Shown in pieces: positions 25,346 through 38,830 of a stretch of DNA of 64,000 bases. The stretch is from Okamejei kenojei. Taxonomy: Eukaryota. How positions within the stretch are numbered: position 1 is the first letter of the stretch; every line of letters starts with the position of its first letter. The position numbers and the translations under genes are program-made. The stretch spans positions 3,906,001-3,970,000 of the forward strand of contig CM069166.1 in the NCBI GenBank assembly GCA_035221665.1, read 5' to 3'. The notes beneath the pieces are model-generated. The model did not search any database and was not told the origin of the DNA. It saw only the letters and a list, made by a program, of their open reading frames with translations.

Positions 25346-27241
25346 TAATTGTTTAGCGAGATCAGCAGCATTTCTGGTGACGTTTCGGGTCGAGACCCTT
25401 CTTCACAAGTGTCACCCATTCCCTCCCTCCAGAGACGCTGCCTGTCCCACTGAGTTACTCCAGCGTTTTGTGTCTGTCTTTGGTGTAGACCAGCATCTGC
25501 AGTTCCTTCCAACATAAATCATTGTTTAATCTGTTTTCAGTTATTGCCACAAGTTTGTACAAGATGCAGCTGTGGGATTTAATTCTGGAATGGAATATTT
25601 TAGGAGCTCTCTCATAACTGGAATGGGAAAGTGTTGTTAACACTCCCTAGAAGTATTTGTCAAATATGTATTCTATTTTTGAAGACTGCCTTCTTCATAG
25701 ACACTCACTGGGGGTAGGTGGGGGGGGGGGGGGGAGGAGAATTATTTCCTACCATTGTAGATGAATCTCATTGAAACTTACAGAATAATGAAAGGCGTAG
25801 TTAGAGTGGATGTGGAAAGGGTGTTTCCACTGGTGGGAGAGTCTTGAACCAGAGCTCACATCCACAGAATTAAAGGGCGATCTTTTAGAAAGCAGGTGAG
25901 GAGGAACTTAATTAGTCAGAGGGTAGTTAATCTGTGGAACTCATTGCCACAGAGGGCTGTGGCGGCCAAGTCAGTGGATATTTTTAAGGCCAAGCTAGAC
26001 AATTGTTTTTATTAGAACAAGTTTCCACACATCCTGTGCTTTCATACGACATCTGTATTGATGAATCATGATTTTGGCGTTTCAATGCCTTCCCAAATGC
26101 ATCTTAGAACTTAGGACGGTGCAGCACTGGAACAGGCCCTTTAGTCCACAATATTTGCGCCAAACATGATGCCTAGTTAAGCTGATCTGCTTGCACATGG
26201 TCCATATCCCTCTATTCCTTCCTCTTCCATGTGTCTATCTAAAAGCCTCTTAAACGCCACTGTCATATCTGCTTCCACCACCACCCCTGACAATATGTTC
26301 CAGGCCCCCACCACACTTTGTGTAAAAAATGTGCCCCGCACATCTCCATTAGACTTCCCCCTCTCACTTCATAGCTACACCCTCTAGTGTTGGATATTTC
26401 CACCCTGGCTGTCTTCTTGAGTCATGGGCCAGAGAATCCATGGAGTCAGTTGGGACGTTGCATCAAGGAGGTTTAGAATCTGTTTCCCTGTCCATCTGGT
26501 CATCTTTGCGTCTAACAGAGGCATAAAGTGACCCTTCCAGGGCGATGGCCAAGCAGGTGACGTCACCCGTTCCTTCTCTCCAGAGATGCTGCCTGTCCCG
26601 CTGAGTTACTCCAGCATTTTGTGTCTAACTTTGGTTTAATTAGTTTAGTTTAGTTTATTGTCACGTGTACCGAGGTACAGTGTTGTGTGCTAACCAGTCA
26701 GCGGAAATACAATACATGATTACAATCGATCCAATTACAGTGTACAGATACATGATAAGAGAATAACGTTTAGTGCAAGGTAAGGACAGTAAAGTCCATT
26801 CAAAGATAGTCCGAGGGTCTGGGAGAGGACACTGATTTTAGATCGCCCTGAAAACTCATGACAAAACAAGCAGTTGCAAAAGACAAAATTAGAATATGCT
26901 TCTCGATCAACATTGAGTGCAAATTGTTCTAATTTGCCAGTAAACAAAGAGTTTTGATGAGGGCTTCCAGCAGCATTCAGGGGAGGCAGTGCATCAATTT
27001 ACAATCAGTTTCCTGGATGACTTGTTCCCTAACTGTAAATTGCCCACAAACCACAAGAATGCCCTCAGCTCTTCTCTCTGTGGCTCTTTGACCTTCCTTT
27101 ATTTTAACGTATTATTTCCTTGCCTTTTGACGTTTCAAACCGGAATCTTCCTTTAATCTATCTACTTCTCCTTCCTCCTTTAATATGTTTCTTTAAAATT
27201 ATTCTGTGACCTGTGACCGAAACAGAACAGTGAAATTCTTA

Positions 27242-27456
27242 AGGGCCTGTCCCACTTGGAGATTTTTTTTCTGCGACTGCCGGCGTCATGTCCGTGTCGC
27301 CAAAAAATGTGGATCTTTTCAAAATCCAGCGGCGACAAAACAAATGTTGCGACACTTGAAAAAACACCGGGCGTCACCACTGCGTCACGCCCGTGAACTT
27401 TTCGGTGACCTGATACGTCAGTCAATGTTGCCAAGTCGCCAAGTGGGACAGGCCCT
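27242..27456. mobile_element. PIF/Harbinger-type MITE
   Basis: Perfect TIRs AGGGCCTGTCCCACTTGG / CCAAGTGGGACAGGCCCT flanked by a TTA target-site duplication. Confidence 0.85.
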
Positions 27457-27616
27457 TTACTTCAAAACTCATTAATAAAGTCAGGATTTTACGAACAGAT
27501 TGTACAAAGTAAACCGGGAAATGTATCATATGTATGTATTCAACATAAAATAAACGTTAACAAAAGAAAATCAGAGCAATGGTAAAAAAACTATATACTG
27601 GTTAAGTTTTGTCATC

Positions 27617-27925
27617 AGTTTAGTTTAGAGATACAGCGGGGAAACAGGCCCTTCGGCCCATCGCTCCCGTACCGGCCAGCGATCCCCGCACATTAACACT
27701 ATCTACATACTCTAGCGATAATCTACATTTATACCAAGCCGATTAAGCTATAAACCTGTACATCTTTGGAGTGTGGGAGGAAACCGAAGATCTCGGAGAA
27801 AACCCCACGCGAACAAGGGGAGAACGCACAATCTGTGCACAGACAGCGCCCAAAGACGGGATGGGACCCGGGTCTCTGGCACTGTAAGGCAGCAACTCTA
27901 CCGCTGCACCACTTTGCCGCCCATC
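27617..27925 (-). mobile_element. V-SINE/HE1-like SINE
   Basis: Same consensus as 24496-24790, reverse strand. Confidence 0.75.
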
Positions 27926-29126
27926 AGTGCAGCCAACAGTGAGACTGCTGAACAGTTTTATAAAAATCCACTAATCATACCTCCTACGTACACATCTAGA
28001 TAGTTACTGTACTGTGGTGTCAGGGATGATGCCAGGTTCACACGACCACACCGATACTCACAGTAGGATGAACTCACGTAATATACTTTATCTACTGTTG
28101 TTGTTAATCCTGGATTGTCTAGGCCTGCTGTCCCTCACCATCAGAGCGAAGGAGCTGATGATCTCAGGCTTGTCCCACCAGCTCGGTCCTGGTCTTGGAA
28201 GGAGGAGACCTGGTGATCTCAGGCTTCTTGCTGCAGTTCATCCTTACCTCAAGAGGAGGCGCTGATGGTACAGGTCTTTTCCAGGCAGCTCCGTTTTGAG
28301 CTTGAAGAAGCGACACTGGCGGTCTGGATTATCCTGGTGGCCAGTCTTTGCGTGTGTGGACGTTATATGTGGGTAGGAAGAAGTCCTGGCATCTCAGGCT
28401 TGCTTCTGGCCACTCAGCCTTAGCCTCAGAGAGAGGGACTGGCTGTTGAGGGCTTTTTCCCAGCAACCCAGTTTTGACCACACCGTGGCTCTGATGGCAT
28501 GTTGCCAGCATCAGATAGTTAGATGTAAGTAAGAATGTAATTCTTCTACCTGGGACATATGACAATAAAACACTCTTGACTCTTGTCCTGCTTGAGAGCG
28601 ACTCGACTAATAACCATCGGCCCGGATAGAGTCCCTGGCCACGTCCTTAGAGCCTGCGCGGACCGGTTGATAGGAGTATTCCAGGGACAATTTCTCCCTG
28701 TGATCAGGCAACTGAACCATCCCACTGCAACTAGAGAGCAGTCCTCAACCACTATCCACCTCATTGGAGATCCTCGGACTGTCTTTGACCGGACTTTACC
28801 GGTATTACCTTGCACTAAATGTTATTCCCTTTATCATTTATCTGTACACTGTAAATGGCTCGATTGTAATCATGTATTGTCTTTCCGCTGACTGGTTAGC
28901 ACGCAACAAAAGCTTTTCACTGAACCTCGGCACACATGACAATAAACTAAACTAAACTACTGGGGGGCATCTATACCCTCTCCCTACTTCACCCTGAGTT
29001 TTCTGTCTGCTTTAAGAAGATTACTAAATCTTACTGCTCTAAGAAGATGTCCTGGTGCCAAAGAAAGCAAGCCAGTTAGACTGTCGATGCTGGGTTAAAC
29101 CGAAGATAGACGCAAAATGTTGAAGT

Positions 29127-29480
29127 TGGATCTTTTCAGAGGGATATGGTCTCCATATATTGAATATCTACAGGGTCAAAGTGGCTCAGTGCGAGAGCCT
29201 GATTGAGGCCTGAATAACAGAATGGATGAAGAATTACTTATAATAAATCATGGATATATCTCCAATGATGGGTAACTATTTAATACTCCATTCATTTCCT
29301 TATTTTCTATATTATTTTCCTCTATCTTTTCCTACTTAATAAAAAAAAATAAAAATGTATAGAAATATAAAGTCTTAAATGTTAATATTAATATTAATAA
29401 TATTATGAATATATGTAAGAAGTATTTTTTATTAATATGTATTTACAACTAATAAAAAATATTCATCCAAAAAAAAAAAA
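29127..29480 (+). mobile_element. Short 3' fragment of the L1 family seen at 47042-49311
   Basis: Matches 48595-48760 (DLFRGIWSPYI..LQG), ends in poly-A, and has TSD-like AAAT.TTGAAGT on both sides. Inserted in a Penelope fold-back element. Confidence 0.8.
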
Positions 29481-30139
29481 TTTTGAAGTAACTCAGCGAG
29501 ACAGGCAACATCTCTGGAGAGAAGTAATGGGTAACATTTCGAGTCAAGACCCTTCTCCTTCTGAAGAAGAAGGGTCTCGATCCGAAACATCACCCATTCG
29601 TTCTCTCCGGAGATGCTGCCTGTCCCGCTGAGTTACTCCAACATTTTGTGTCTTTGCCAGTAAGACTAATGGCTAACACGTTGTGGCTCTGTTGTCCACG
29701 ATCGTGATGTGCTTTGTGAGGCTGCTCATGCACGCACATTCACTCCAGCGTTCCAGACAGCCTCAATCCACTGCAATTCACCTACAGTTGCAACAGGTCT
29801 GCAGCAGATAGCATCTCCCTGGCCCTAACACTCATCCCTGAAACATCTGAATACCGACGGCACCTAAATCTCACCCCCACCCCCCCCCCCCCCCCCCCCC
29901 CCCCCCTCCCACCCCTATTTATAGACTATAGCTCCAACAACCAATCTCTGGACCTATATCTCAGCAACCTCCTCTGCAATTTAATGCTTGATTCCAACCT
30001 TGGGACCACCACCTCTTGTAAAGACCCTTCCCCAGACTCTCAGAGGGATCTTGGGGTCAGTTGCTACAAAACCTTGCAGATTCTCCTTATAAATTCACAT
30101 CAAGAGTGAGTAAATCCTATCTCTGGGGTTTTCTCCAGA

Positions 30140-31030
30140 GATGTTCCTACACAACATGCTCAACACTGGTGTGGCACAAGGTTGTGGTCTCAGCCGCTTT
30201 CTATACTCCCTTTGCACTCGTGACTGGGTGGCCACACTCTGCTCTGACACCACAATGGGCCAGGTTGCAATCGACTCTAGGAACAAGAGGATGCCAACAA
30301 CCTCTCCCTCAGTGTCAGCAAAGCAAGGAAGCTGGTTATCGACTTCAGGGAATGGGATGGAGCACATCCCAGTCCGTGCCATCAATGCTGAGGAGGAGGT
30401 GGCCAAGAGCTATCGGTTTCTTGATGTAAACATCACCGACCACTTGTCCTGGTCTGATCACATTGATGCAACAGCCAACAAAACACACAGACGCCTCTAC
30501 TTCCTGTGAAGGCCAAGGAATGTTGGCATATCTCCAATGGCTCTTACTCATTTCTGTGGACGTAGCACATAAAGCATCCTAATCAGACGCATGGCATCTG
30601 CTCTGCCCAAGTTTGCAAGGAACTGCCGAGATGTGATTACAGCTCTGTGCCCCTCACAAACCGGCCTCTCCCCACCTCGCCCACCCACCAGTGACTCCAC
30701 AAAAACACACTGCCTTTGGAAACCAGCCAATATAATCTAAGACCAGCGCGACAGGCAGCATCTCTGCATAAAATAAATAGGTGATCACCTATTCCTTTCC
30801 TCCAGAGTTGCTGCCTGTCCCGCTGAGTTACTCCAGCATTTTGTGTCTATCATCAGTGTAAACCAGCATCTGCAGTTCCTTCCTATACATAATCTAAGAC
30901 CACTTACACCCTGACTATTCTTTCTTATCACCTCTTTTGTCGGGCAGAAGGTAGAAAAGCTTGAATGCACGTGCCACCAGATTCAAAAACAGCTTCTTCC
31001 CTGCTGTAATCAGACTGTTAAACATATGCT
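30140..31030 (+). mobile_element. Decayed Rex1/Babar-like LINE fragment
   Basis: NTGVAQGCGLS.FLYSL.T.D and YRFL.V.ITD.LSW..HI.....K...RLYFL motifs. Confidence 0.65.
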
Positions 31031-32633
31031 AGGGGCAATCCAGCATGCTATTTCATCGCAGTCTCACCTTTTGTTTTATTCGTACCTTCTCTGTACCTGT
31101 GACAGTATTTTCTACACTTTTTTATTTCTTCAGCATAACCCATTAGAGTGATACAGTGTGGAAACAGGCTCTTCGGCCCAACTTGCCAACATGTCCCACC
31201 TGCCCATGTTTGGCCCGTATCCCTCCAAACCTGTCCTACCCATTGTACCCATGTATGATATATGTTGCTTGGATAACGCTTCACTTTTTGCCTTCACCTC
31301 TCACACTTTCTCCTGCTGCTTAAAGTAGTTCCATTAACTATTTATCTTCTCATTGTATTTAAAACTATCATCAATGCTGCCTTTTTATTGACCTCACCAC
31401 ACAACCCAACCCGTTGACAACTTTAATCTTCTTGAGACCATCCTATTTCCTCATCCTCGCTCAGTTTGGGTGGTGCCACTCTCAATTATAGTTTTCCTTC
31501 CGACATATGATTTATTAATTTGAGTATTAGGTCTTGCTTTTTAATTTAGCTCCACTTGGAGGCCTGGGTTTACAAACAGAACCTTTCCTGTTTTTTGTCC
31601 TGTCCTTCCTCCAACATGGATCACAACAACTAGATTGTCACAATTTCCTTTCAATATTCTAACAACTTCAGCAACATAGACATAGAGCACAGAAATGGGC
31701 CCATCAGCCCATCTACTGAGTACTGTGTTTACAAACCAGTTATGCTGCTGGTGCAAGTAAGAATTTCATTGTTCAATTACGGTACATATAACAATAAACA
31801 CTGGCCTTTCTGTCCTAGGCCTCCTCCATTGTCAGAGTGAGGCTAAACACAAATTGGAGGAACAGCATCTCATATTTCGCTTGGGCAACTTACATCCCAG
31901 TGGCATGAATATTGATTTACCTAACTTCAGGTAACCCCTGTATTCTCTCTTTCTCTATCCCTCCCCCACCCAAATCACACCAGCTTTTCTTTCTCACCTA
32001 GCAAACAGCTAACAATGGCCTGTTTCCTTTATCATTGTTACTTTTTTGCATATCTTTCATTAATGTGTTCTATATCTCTCTACATCACCGTCTACATCTC
32101 TCGTTTCCCTTTTCCGTGACTCTCAGTCTGAAGAAGGGTCTCGGCCTGAAACTTCACCCATTCCTTCTCTCCAGAGATGCTGCCTGTCCCGCTGAGTTAC
32201 TCCAGCTTTTTGTGTCTACTTTCTCATTCCAAAACACTTTTGACTCTTGCTTCCACCACTCTCTCAGGCAATACATTCCAGGTACTCACCACTCTCTGGA
32301 TGAAAACTGTTTCCTTCAGATCCCCTCTAAATTCCTTACCTGTTACCTTAAATCTGTGTCCTCGATTTGTCCTGTTTGCTTTGTTACCTTCTCCCAACTA
32401 ACAATTATCTTTTCTACATGTTCCTTGATCTCTATTCCCTGTGTCCTGTTTTCACACCTTACACTTCCTTATCTATGCACTTCCTTATCTATGTACCTGC
32501 CACTCCCCTGACATCAGTTTGAGGAAGTGTCTCGACCCGAAATGTCACCCATTCCGTCTCTCCAGAGATGCTGCTTGTTCCGCTGAGTTACTCCAGCATT
32601 GTGTGTCTATCTTCAAGTTGTATTCATCTCTGA

Positions 32634-32877
32634 ATTTTTAAGAAGGAACTGCAGATGCTGGAAAATTGAAGGTTCACAAAAACGCTGGAGAAACTCAGCG
32701 GGTGCAGCAACATCTATGGAGCAAAGGAAATAGGCAACGTTTCGGCCCAAAACCCTTCGGGTTTCGACCCGAAACGTTACCTATTTCCTTTGGGTTTCCA
32801 TCCGAAACGTTGCCTATCTCCTTCGCTCCATAGATGCTGCTGCACCCGCTGAGTTTCTCCAGCATTTTTGTGTACCT
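32634..32877. mobile_element. Fold-back Penelope pLTR derivative with 16-bp target-site duplication
   Basis: Inverted arms, with TTGTATTCATCTCTGA at 32618-32633 and 32878-32893. Confidence 0.75.
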
Positions 32878-34039
32878 TTGTATTCATCTCTGATATGGGG
32901 CAAAGTTTTGGGCAGTCTACTCCACCTACACCCCTTTTAATTTTATATACCTTATTTGTGTTACCTCTTAACCTACTCCACTCCAGGGAAAACAGACCTA
33001 GTCTCTCCTCATAATCTCAAACAGAATGCTTCATACACAGAGTAAGGTATAGAACTCTGATCAGAGGGAAATTTGGGACATTGAAAGAAGGCAATTCCCT
33101 CTCTTGCCTCACATACTTGGCGGGCTTCATACAAACATCAGGCAGAAAGTGACTGTTGGTGTGTCAATTCAGGAAAAATATTTATAAATAAAATGCTAAA
33201 GTTACAGAAGAGCAGTGCGTATGTCAAAAGTGCAGGAAGCTTTCACTGGGGCCGAGACTCTTCTGTGTAAATATGTCTGCAGTAGATGATGCAATCCTGA
33301 ATTCTTTCAGGATTGTGTGAGTAGGAGATATTTGGACATATAAGGAAGGATGGAGTATCTGGGCAATTTGCTGCAGATGGTGTCCACATCTGGTCAGAAG
33401 GATGGCCAACATGCTAATTACAGCATTTCAGAGCAGAAGGCTTTCCAGAGAGAAGAAAGGAAAAGCTTTGGACAATTTTATATTTCAGGAGAAGGAATGT
33501 TGTTAGGATGGTGTTGTCTTGAAAATGGTGAGGTATTAAGCGAATATTTCCCATGATAGACGCAAAATACTGGAGTAACTCAGCAGGACAGGAAGCATCT
33601 CTGGGGAGAAGGAATGGGTGACGTTTCGGGTCGAGACCCTTCTTCAGACTGTCACAGAGGGCTGTGGAGGCTAAGTCAGTGGATATTTTTAAGGCAGAGA
33701 TAAACAAATTCTGGATTAGAACGGGTGTCAAGGGTTATGGGAAGAAGGCAGGAAATGGGATTAGGAGGCAGAGATCAGCCATGATCCAATGGCGGAGTGG
33801 ACTCGATGGGCCAAATGGCCTACTTCTACTCCTATAACTTGTGAACTTGTGTACTCAATACTTCCCAACTCCATTCACTGGCGTGGAGAAGTTAGTGATT
33901 TGCAGCAGATGGCATTTTGAAGCAAATGATCAATTAAAAAGAGGTAATAGATGTCTGAACAGGTTTATCGATGGATAAATGATGGGAAGAGATTGCTGAG
34001 TCTCTTCAGCCACATAAGAGGTGCCAAATTACAGTGATA

Positions 34040-34400
34040 CCTTTATCCAAGATGGGGAACAAATATAAGCCAGGTAGTTAAGACATTGGTGAATCTATCA
34101 TCAGAGATAAGGAAGTTATTGGAAAACATTCTGAGGGACAGGAATAATTGGCACATGGAGGGGTAATGTGGCTTTGATAAGGGAAGACAATGTCTGTTAA
34201 ATTGATTGAGTTTTTCCAAAGGTTTAGCTAAGTTTATCAATGAGCATAAAGCAACGGATGTCATCTAGAATTACTCAAGCAAGGTCTTTGGCAAAGACTG
34301 ACTTGAGAGGCTGGTTCAACTTTAACAGCCCGTGGGATCCAGGGGACTTGGTAGATTCAGCATTTATTTCCTATGTAATAGGAGGAGAGAGTGATGGCTG
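34040..34400 (+). mobile_element. Old decayed CR1 RT fragment
   Basis: Degenerate GF..GR.CL.NLIEFF....DVI....SK.F.K motif. Confidence 0.5.
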
Positions 34401-36449
34401 AGAGTTGTTTAGGACTGTTGGTTGAGAGTCGTCCGAAGAAGGGTCTCGCCTCGAAACGTCACCCATTCATTCTCTCCAGGGATGCTGCCTGTCCCGCTGA
34501 GTTACTCCAGCATTTTGTGACAATTTTTGGTTTAAATCAGCACCTGCAGTTCCTTCCTACACATGCAATGCATTGAGCTTGCTGGGGACGGAGGGGATGT
34601 GTTGTGATCAGCGATTCTGCCGATTCCACTGTGTAGCTGTTTACAGTGTGCAAGGCTTGCAACGATCGACGTGAGCCTGTGTGAATAAGCTGCGACTATG
34701 GCTTGGTATGGAGTGGAGATGTGCAGGCAAAACTGCTTTACCTTTATACAAATACTCTCCTGATTAAAGGCAACAAATCATTTGTCTTCCTAATTGTTCG
34801 CCATGTCTGCAAGGTGATGTGTACATGAACATGTACGTGCTTGTGAACATCCAAAATACCCTCCTTTTACATTTTGTGCTCTAAAATGGATGACCTCATA
34901 TTTTTCACTGCACATCCCATTTGGGAATACTCCTCCCAATTCTTGCATCTTTAATTTTTGTGAAGAGGGAAGAATGTCCATTCAAGCACTTTGATGAAAA
35001 TCAGTCAGAACAACATGACATTCTTTCAATTCAAGGTAAATTAGATTGTTAAATTATCCTGTTTACAGTTAAGTTCAAAACCACTGGCGATCTCCCAGTG
35101 TAGTTGCAAATGACTCAGGATTCTTGGTTTAGACACAGAGTGCTGGAGTAACTTTGCAGGTCAGGCAGCATCGCTCTAAAGTGGATGACCTCATATTTTT
35201 CACTGCACATCCCATTTGGGAATACTCCTCCCAATTCTTGCATCCTTAATTATTGTGAAGAGGAAAGAATGAGTCGATTCAAGCGTTTTGATGAAAATCA
35301 GTCAGACCAACATGACATTGGAGAACATGGATAGGTGATGTTTCACAAAGTGCTGGAGTAACTCAGCAGGTGTGGCAACTTCTCTGGAGAACATTGTTAG
35401 GTGACACTTTGGGTCGAGACACGAGAAGGAGCCTGATGGAAAAGGCCACCTATCCATGTTCTCCAGACATGCTGCCCGACCCGCTGAGTTACTCCAACAC
35501 TCTGTGTCCATCTCTGTCATGACCCCAGCAATCTCCTCACTTGCTTCCCTCAGGCTCACCAGATAGATCCTATCAGACTCCAAGAACTTATCCACATTAA
35601 TGTTTTTCAAAAGACCCAACATATTTTACTTAATAAAACTATATTCAGGATGAGTACCTGAATATGGAAAGTTTAGTGGAATATGTGCTAAACATGGACA
35701 AATAGGACTAGCTTTGATGGGGAATCTTGGTTGTCATGCATTAGTTGGACAAAGAGCCTGTTTCCATGTTGTATGACTGGAGGTGCAACATGGAAATAGG
35801 CCCTTCGGCCCATCGAGTCCATGCCGACCATTGATCACCCGCACACTATATATTTTTAGAAAGATGAGAGGAAGGCTGGTGTAATGCCAAGGCCTTGCTT
35901 GACCCCTATGTGCACTGGCACTGAGTCTGTGGGGAACATGTTCATTTCATCACAGGCTACTTGATATTATGCTCCATTACACCTCTAGGCTAATGGAGTT
36001 GAAGTCTCTTTATGAGGCTGTGGCCTGTTTCCAAGCTGTATCTATATAATTAATAGTCTCATCTTGACCACTTCCTGTTTGCACCGTGCTTTGATTTTAG
36101 AAAAAACGCTACCACATATGGCTGTGATTTTTTGGCCATCTTACTCAGAGTCCTCCTCCGCTGCACAGGCCCCGAGGAATATTTCCCATCAATTAAAAAT
36201 AAAAGACTTATTAGTGTTTTAAAAATCTTGAGACTCTCTCTCCTGTCAATCACTGCCTTGAAGGCCACGCCCCTTCCGGTGGGAGGGGGAGGGACTATAA
36301 AACCCAGAAGTGTGGGTTCTGTCTTCAGCTCAGTCTGGCTGCAAGATGGCGAGGGAGAGGTCACAACTCTCTGTCTGAGCTGGGAAACTACAGAACACTG
36401 TAGTATGCAATGTACTTGAATAAATGATTTGTTAGCCCTTAATGAAAAT

Positions 36450-36625
36450 GAAATGAGTTGTTTGACCTGCCCTGTGCTTGAAACTGCAATGGCAATGGAA
36501 ATGAAGTGAAAATGCAATGAGCTGTTTGGCTTGGACCTGCCCTGTGCTTGAAACTGCAATGGCAATGGAAATGAAGTGGAAATGCAATGAGCTGTTTGGA
36601 TTGAGCCTGCCCTGTGCTTGAAAGT
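36450..36625. repeat. 70-bp tandem repeat, about 2.5 copies
   Basis: CCTGTGCTTG ends at 36480, 36550 and 36620. Confidence 0.9.
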
Positions 36626-37221
36626 GCAACCCGGCTCACCAACCCGGCGGAGGCCTGGCCCAACTCTCGCCACCCACCAGTGGCCCGACAGCCCGACCAA
36701 TCCTCCACAGCATCCATCGACCTACCGACAAACCCGACTGACTGCCTGACTGATTGACCGACTGACTGACCCTAACCCTTACCCCAGCTGTACATTTGTT
36801 ATTTAACATTTTTATTTAACAATTCACATTATAACTTTATAAAGATAAATCAATTGCGAAACAAAATGAACAGCAAGGTGAGCATTACCTTTATTCCTTG
36901 GAAACCTTGTTAATGTTTGGATGTAATGAGGAGGCAGCCATGATCCCAGGGTCCTTGCTGCCTAGCGACCATAAAACAAAGCGCGGGGTTGGTCAATTTG
37001 CGTCCGCCTCAATGTCAAACGTGCATTGATTGGGCAATTACTACTCATATTTCTTAAAAATGCGCAGGATTTGTCTTGACGAGTTTCAGGTATGATTTAT
37101 ATAATATTTTTACACAATATGTTAAAAATGTAGGTAGTTCCGTGAGTTGGGTCATGAACCTGAACGAAAAAGCTCCTCGGCCCGCAGCCTATTCCTTTGT
37201 ACTTTAGTGAACCTACCTTTC

Positions 37222-38830
37222 ATAGAAACATAGAAATTAGGTGCAGGAGCAGGCCATTCGGCCCTTCGAGCCTGCACCGCCATTCAATATGATCATAGCT
37301 GATCATCCAACTCAGTATCCCGTACCTGCCTTCTCTCCATACCCCCTGATCCCCTTAGCCACAAGGGCCACATCTAACTCCCTCTTAAATATAGCCAATG
37401 AACTGGCCTCAACTACCTTCTGTGGCAGAGTTCCAGAGACTCACCACTCACTGTGTGAAAAAAGTCTTTCTCATCTCGATCTTAAAGGATTTCCCCCTTA
37501 TCCTTAAGCTGTGACCCCTTGTCCTGGACTTCCCCAACATCGGGAACAATCTTCCTGCATCTAGCCTGTCCAACCCCTTAAGAATTTTGTAAGTTTCTAT
37601 AAGATGCCCTCTCAATCTCCTAAATTCTAGAGAGTATAAACCGAGTCTCTCCAGTCTTTCTTCATAAGACAGTCCTCACATCCCAGGAATCAGTCTGGTG
37701 AACCTTCTCTGCACTCCCTCTATGGCAATAATGTCCTTCCTCAGATTTGGAGACCAGAACTGTACGCAATACTCCAGGTGTGGTCTCACCAAGACCCTAT
37801 ACAACTGAAGTAGAACCTCCCTGCTCCTATACTCAAATCCTTTTGCTATGAAAGCTAACATACCATTCGCTTTCTTCACTGCCTGCTGCATCTGCATGCC
37901 TTCTTTCAATGACTGGTGTACCATGACACCTAGGTCTCGTTGCATCTCCCCTTTTCCTAATCGGCCACCATTTAGATAATAGTCTGCTTTCCTGTTTTTG
38001 CCACCAAAGTGGATAACCTCACATTTATCCACATTATACTGCATCTGCCAAACATTTGCCCACTCACCCAGCCTATCCAAGTCACCTTGCAGTCTCCTAG
38101 CATCCTCCTCACAGCTAACACTGCCCCCCAGCTTAGTGTCATCCGCAAACTTGGAGATATTGCCTTCAATTCCCTCATCCAGATCATTAATATACATTGT
38201 AAATAGCTGGGGTTCCCAGCACTGAGCCTTGCAGTACCCCACTAGTCACTGCCTGCCATTGTGAAAAGGACCCGCTTACTCCTACACTCTGGGGATTTAT
38301 TGGCCTTTAATCCATTCAATTTACCCAACATCACTTCCCGACTAACCTGGATTTCACTCAATTCCTCCTTTGACCCGCGGTCCCCTGCTATTTCCGGCAG
38401 ATTATTTATGTCTTCCTTAGTGAAGACGGAACCAAAGTAGTTATTCAATTGGTCCGCCATATCCTTGTTCCCCATGATCAACTCACCTGTTTCTGACTGC
38501 AAGGGACCTACATTTGTTTTAACTAATCACTTTCTCTTCACATATCTATAAAAACTTTTGCAGTCAGTTTTTATGTTCCCTGCCAGTTTTCTTTCATAAT
38601 CTATTTTTCCTTTCCTAATTAAGCCCTTTGTCCTCCTCTGCTGGTCTCTGAATTTCTCACAGTCCTCTGGTATGCTGCTTTTTCTGGCTACTTTGTACGC
38701 ATCATCCTTTGCTTTGATACTATCCCTGATTTCCCTTGTTATCCACGGATGCACTACCTTCCCTGATTTATTCTTTTGCCAAACTGGGATGAACAATTTT
38801 TGTAGTTCATCCATGCAGTCTTTAAATGCA
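37222..38830 (-). mobile_element. CR1 LINE, internally deleted ORF2 plus 3' end
   Basis: ORF 37676..38242 FTMYINDLD...SKFADDTKL...[13 protein letters not shown], upstream ORF2 pieces 38242..38502 and 38527..38830, and (CATAGAAA) tail. Confidence 0.92.

Noticed and set aside
28000-28520. Coding-like composition downstream of gene A
   Set aside because: Multiple stops and no identifiable family by eye. Probably an old LINE remnant, so it is not supportable as a gene.
36450-36625. Regularly spaced repeats resembling a CRISPR array
   Set aside because: The units repeat in full with no unique spacers, the context is eukaryotic, and there are no cas genes.
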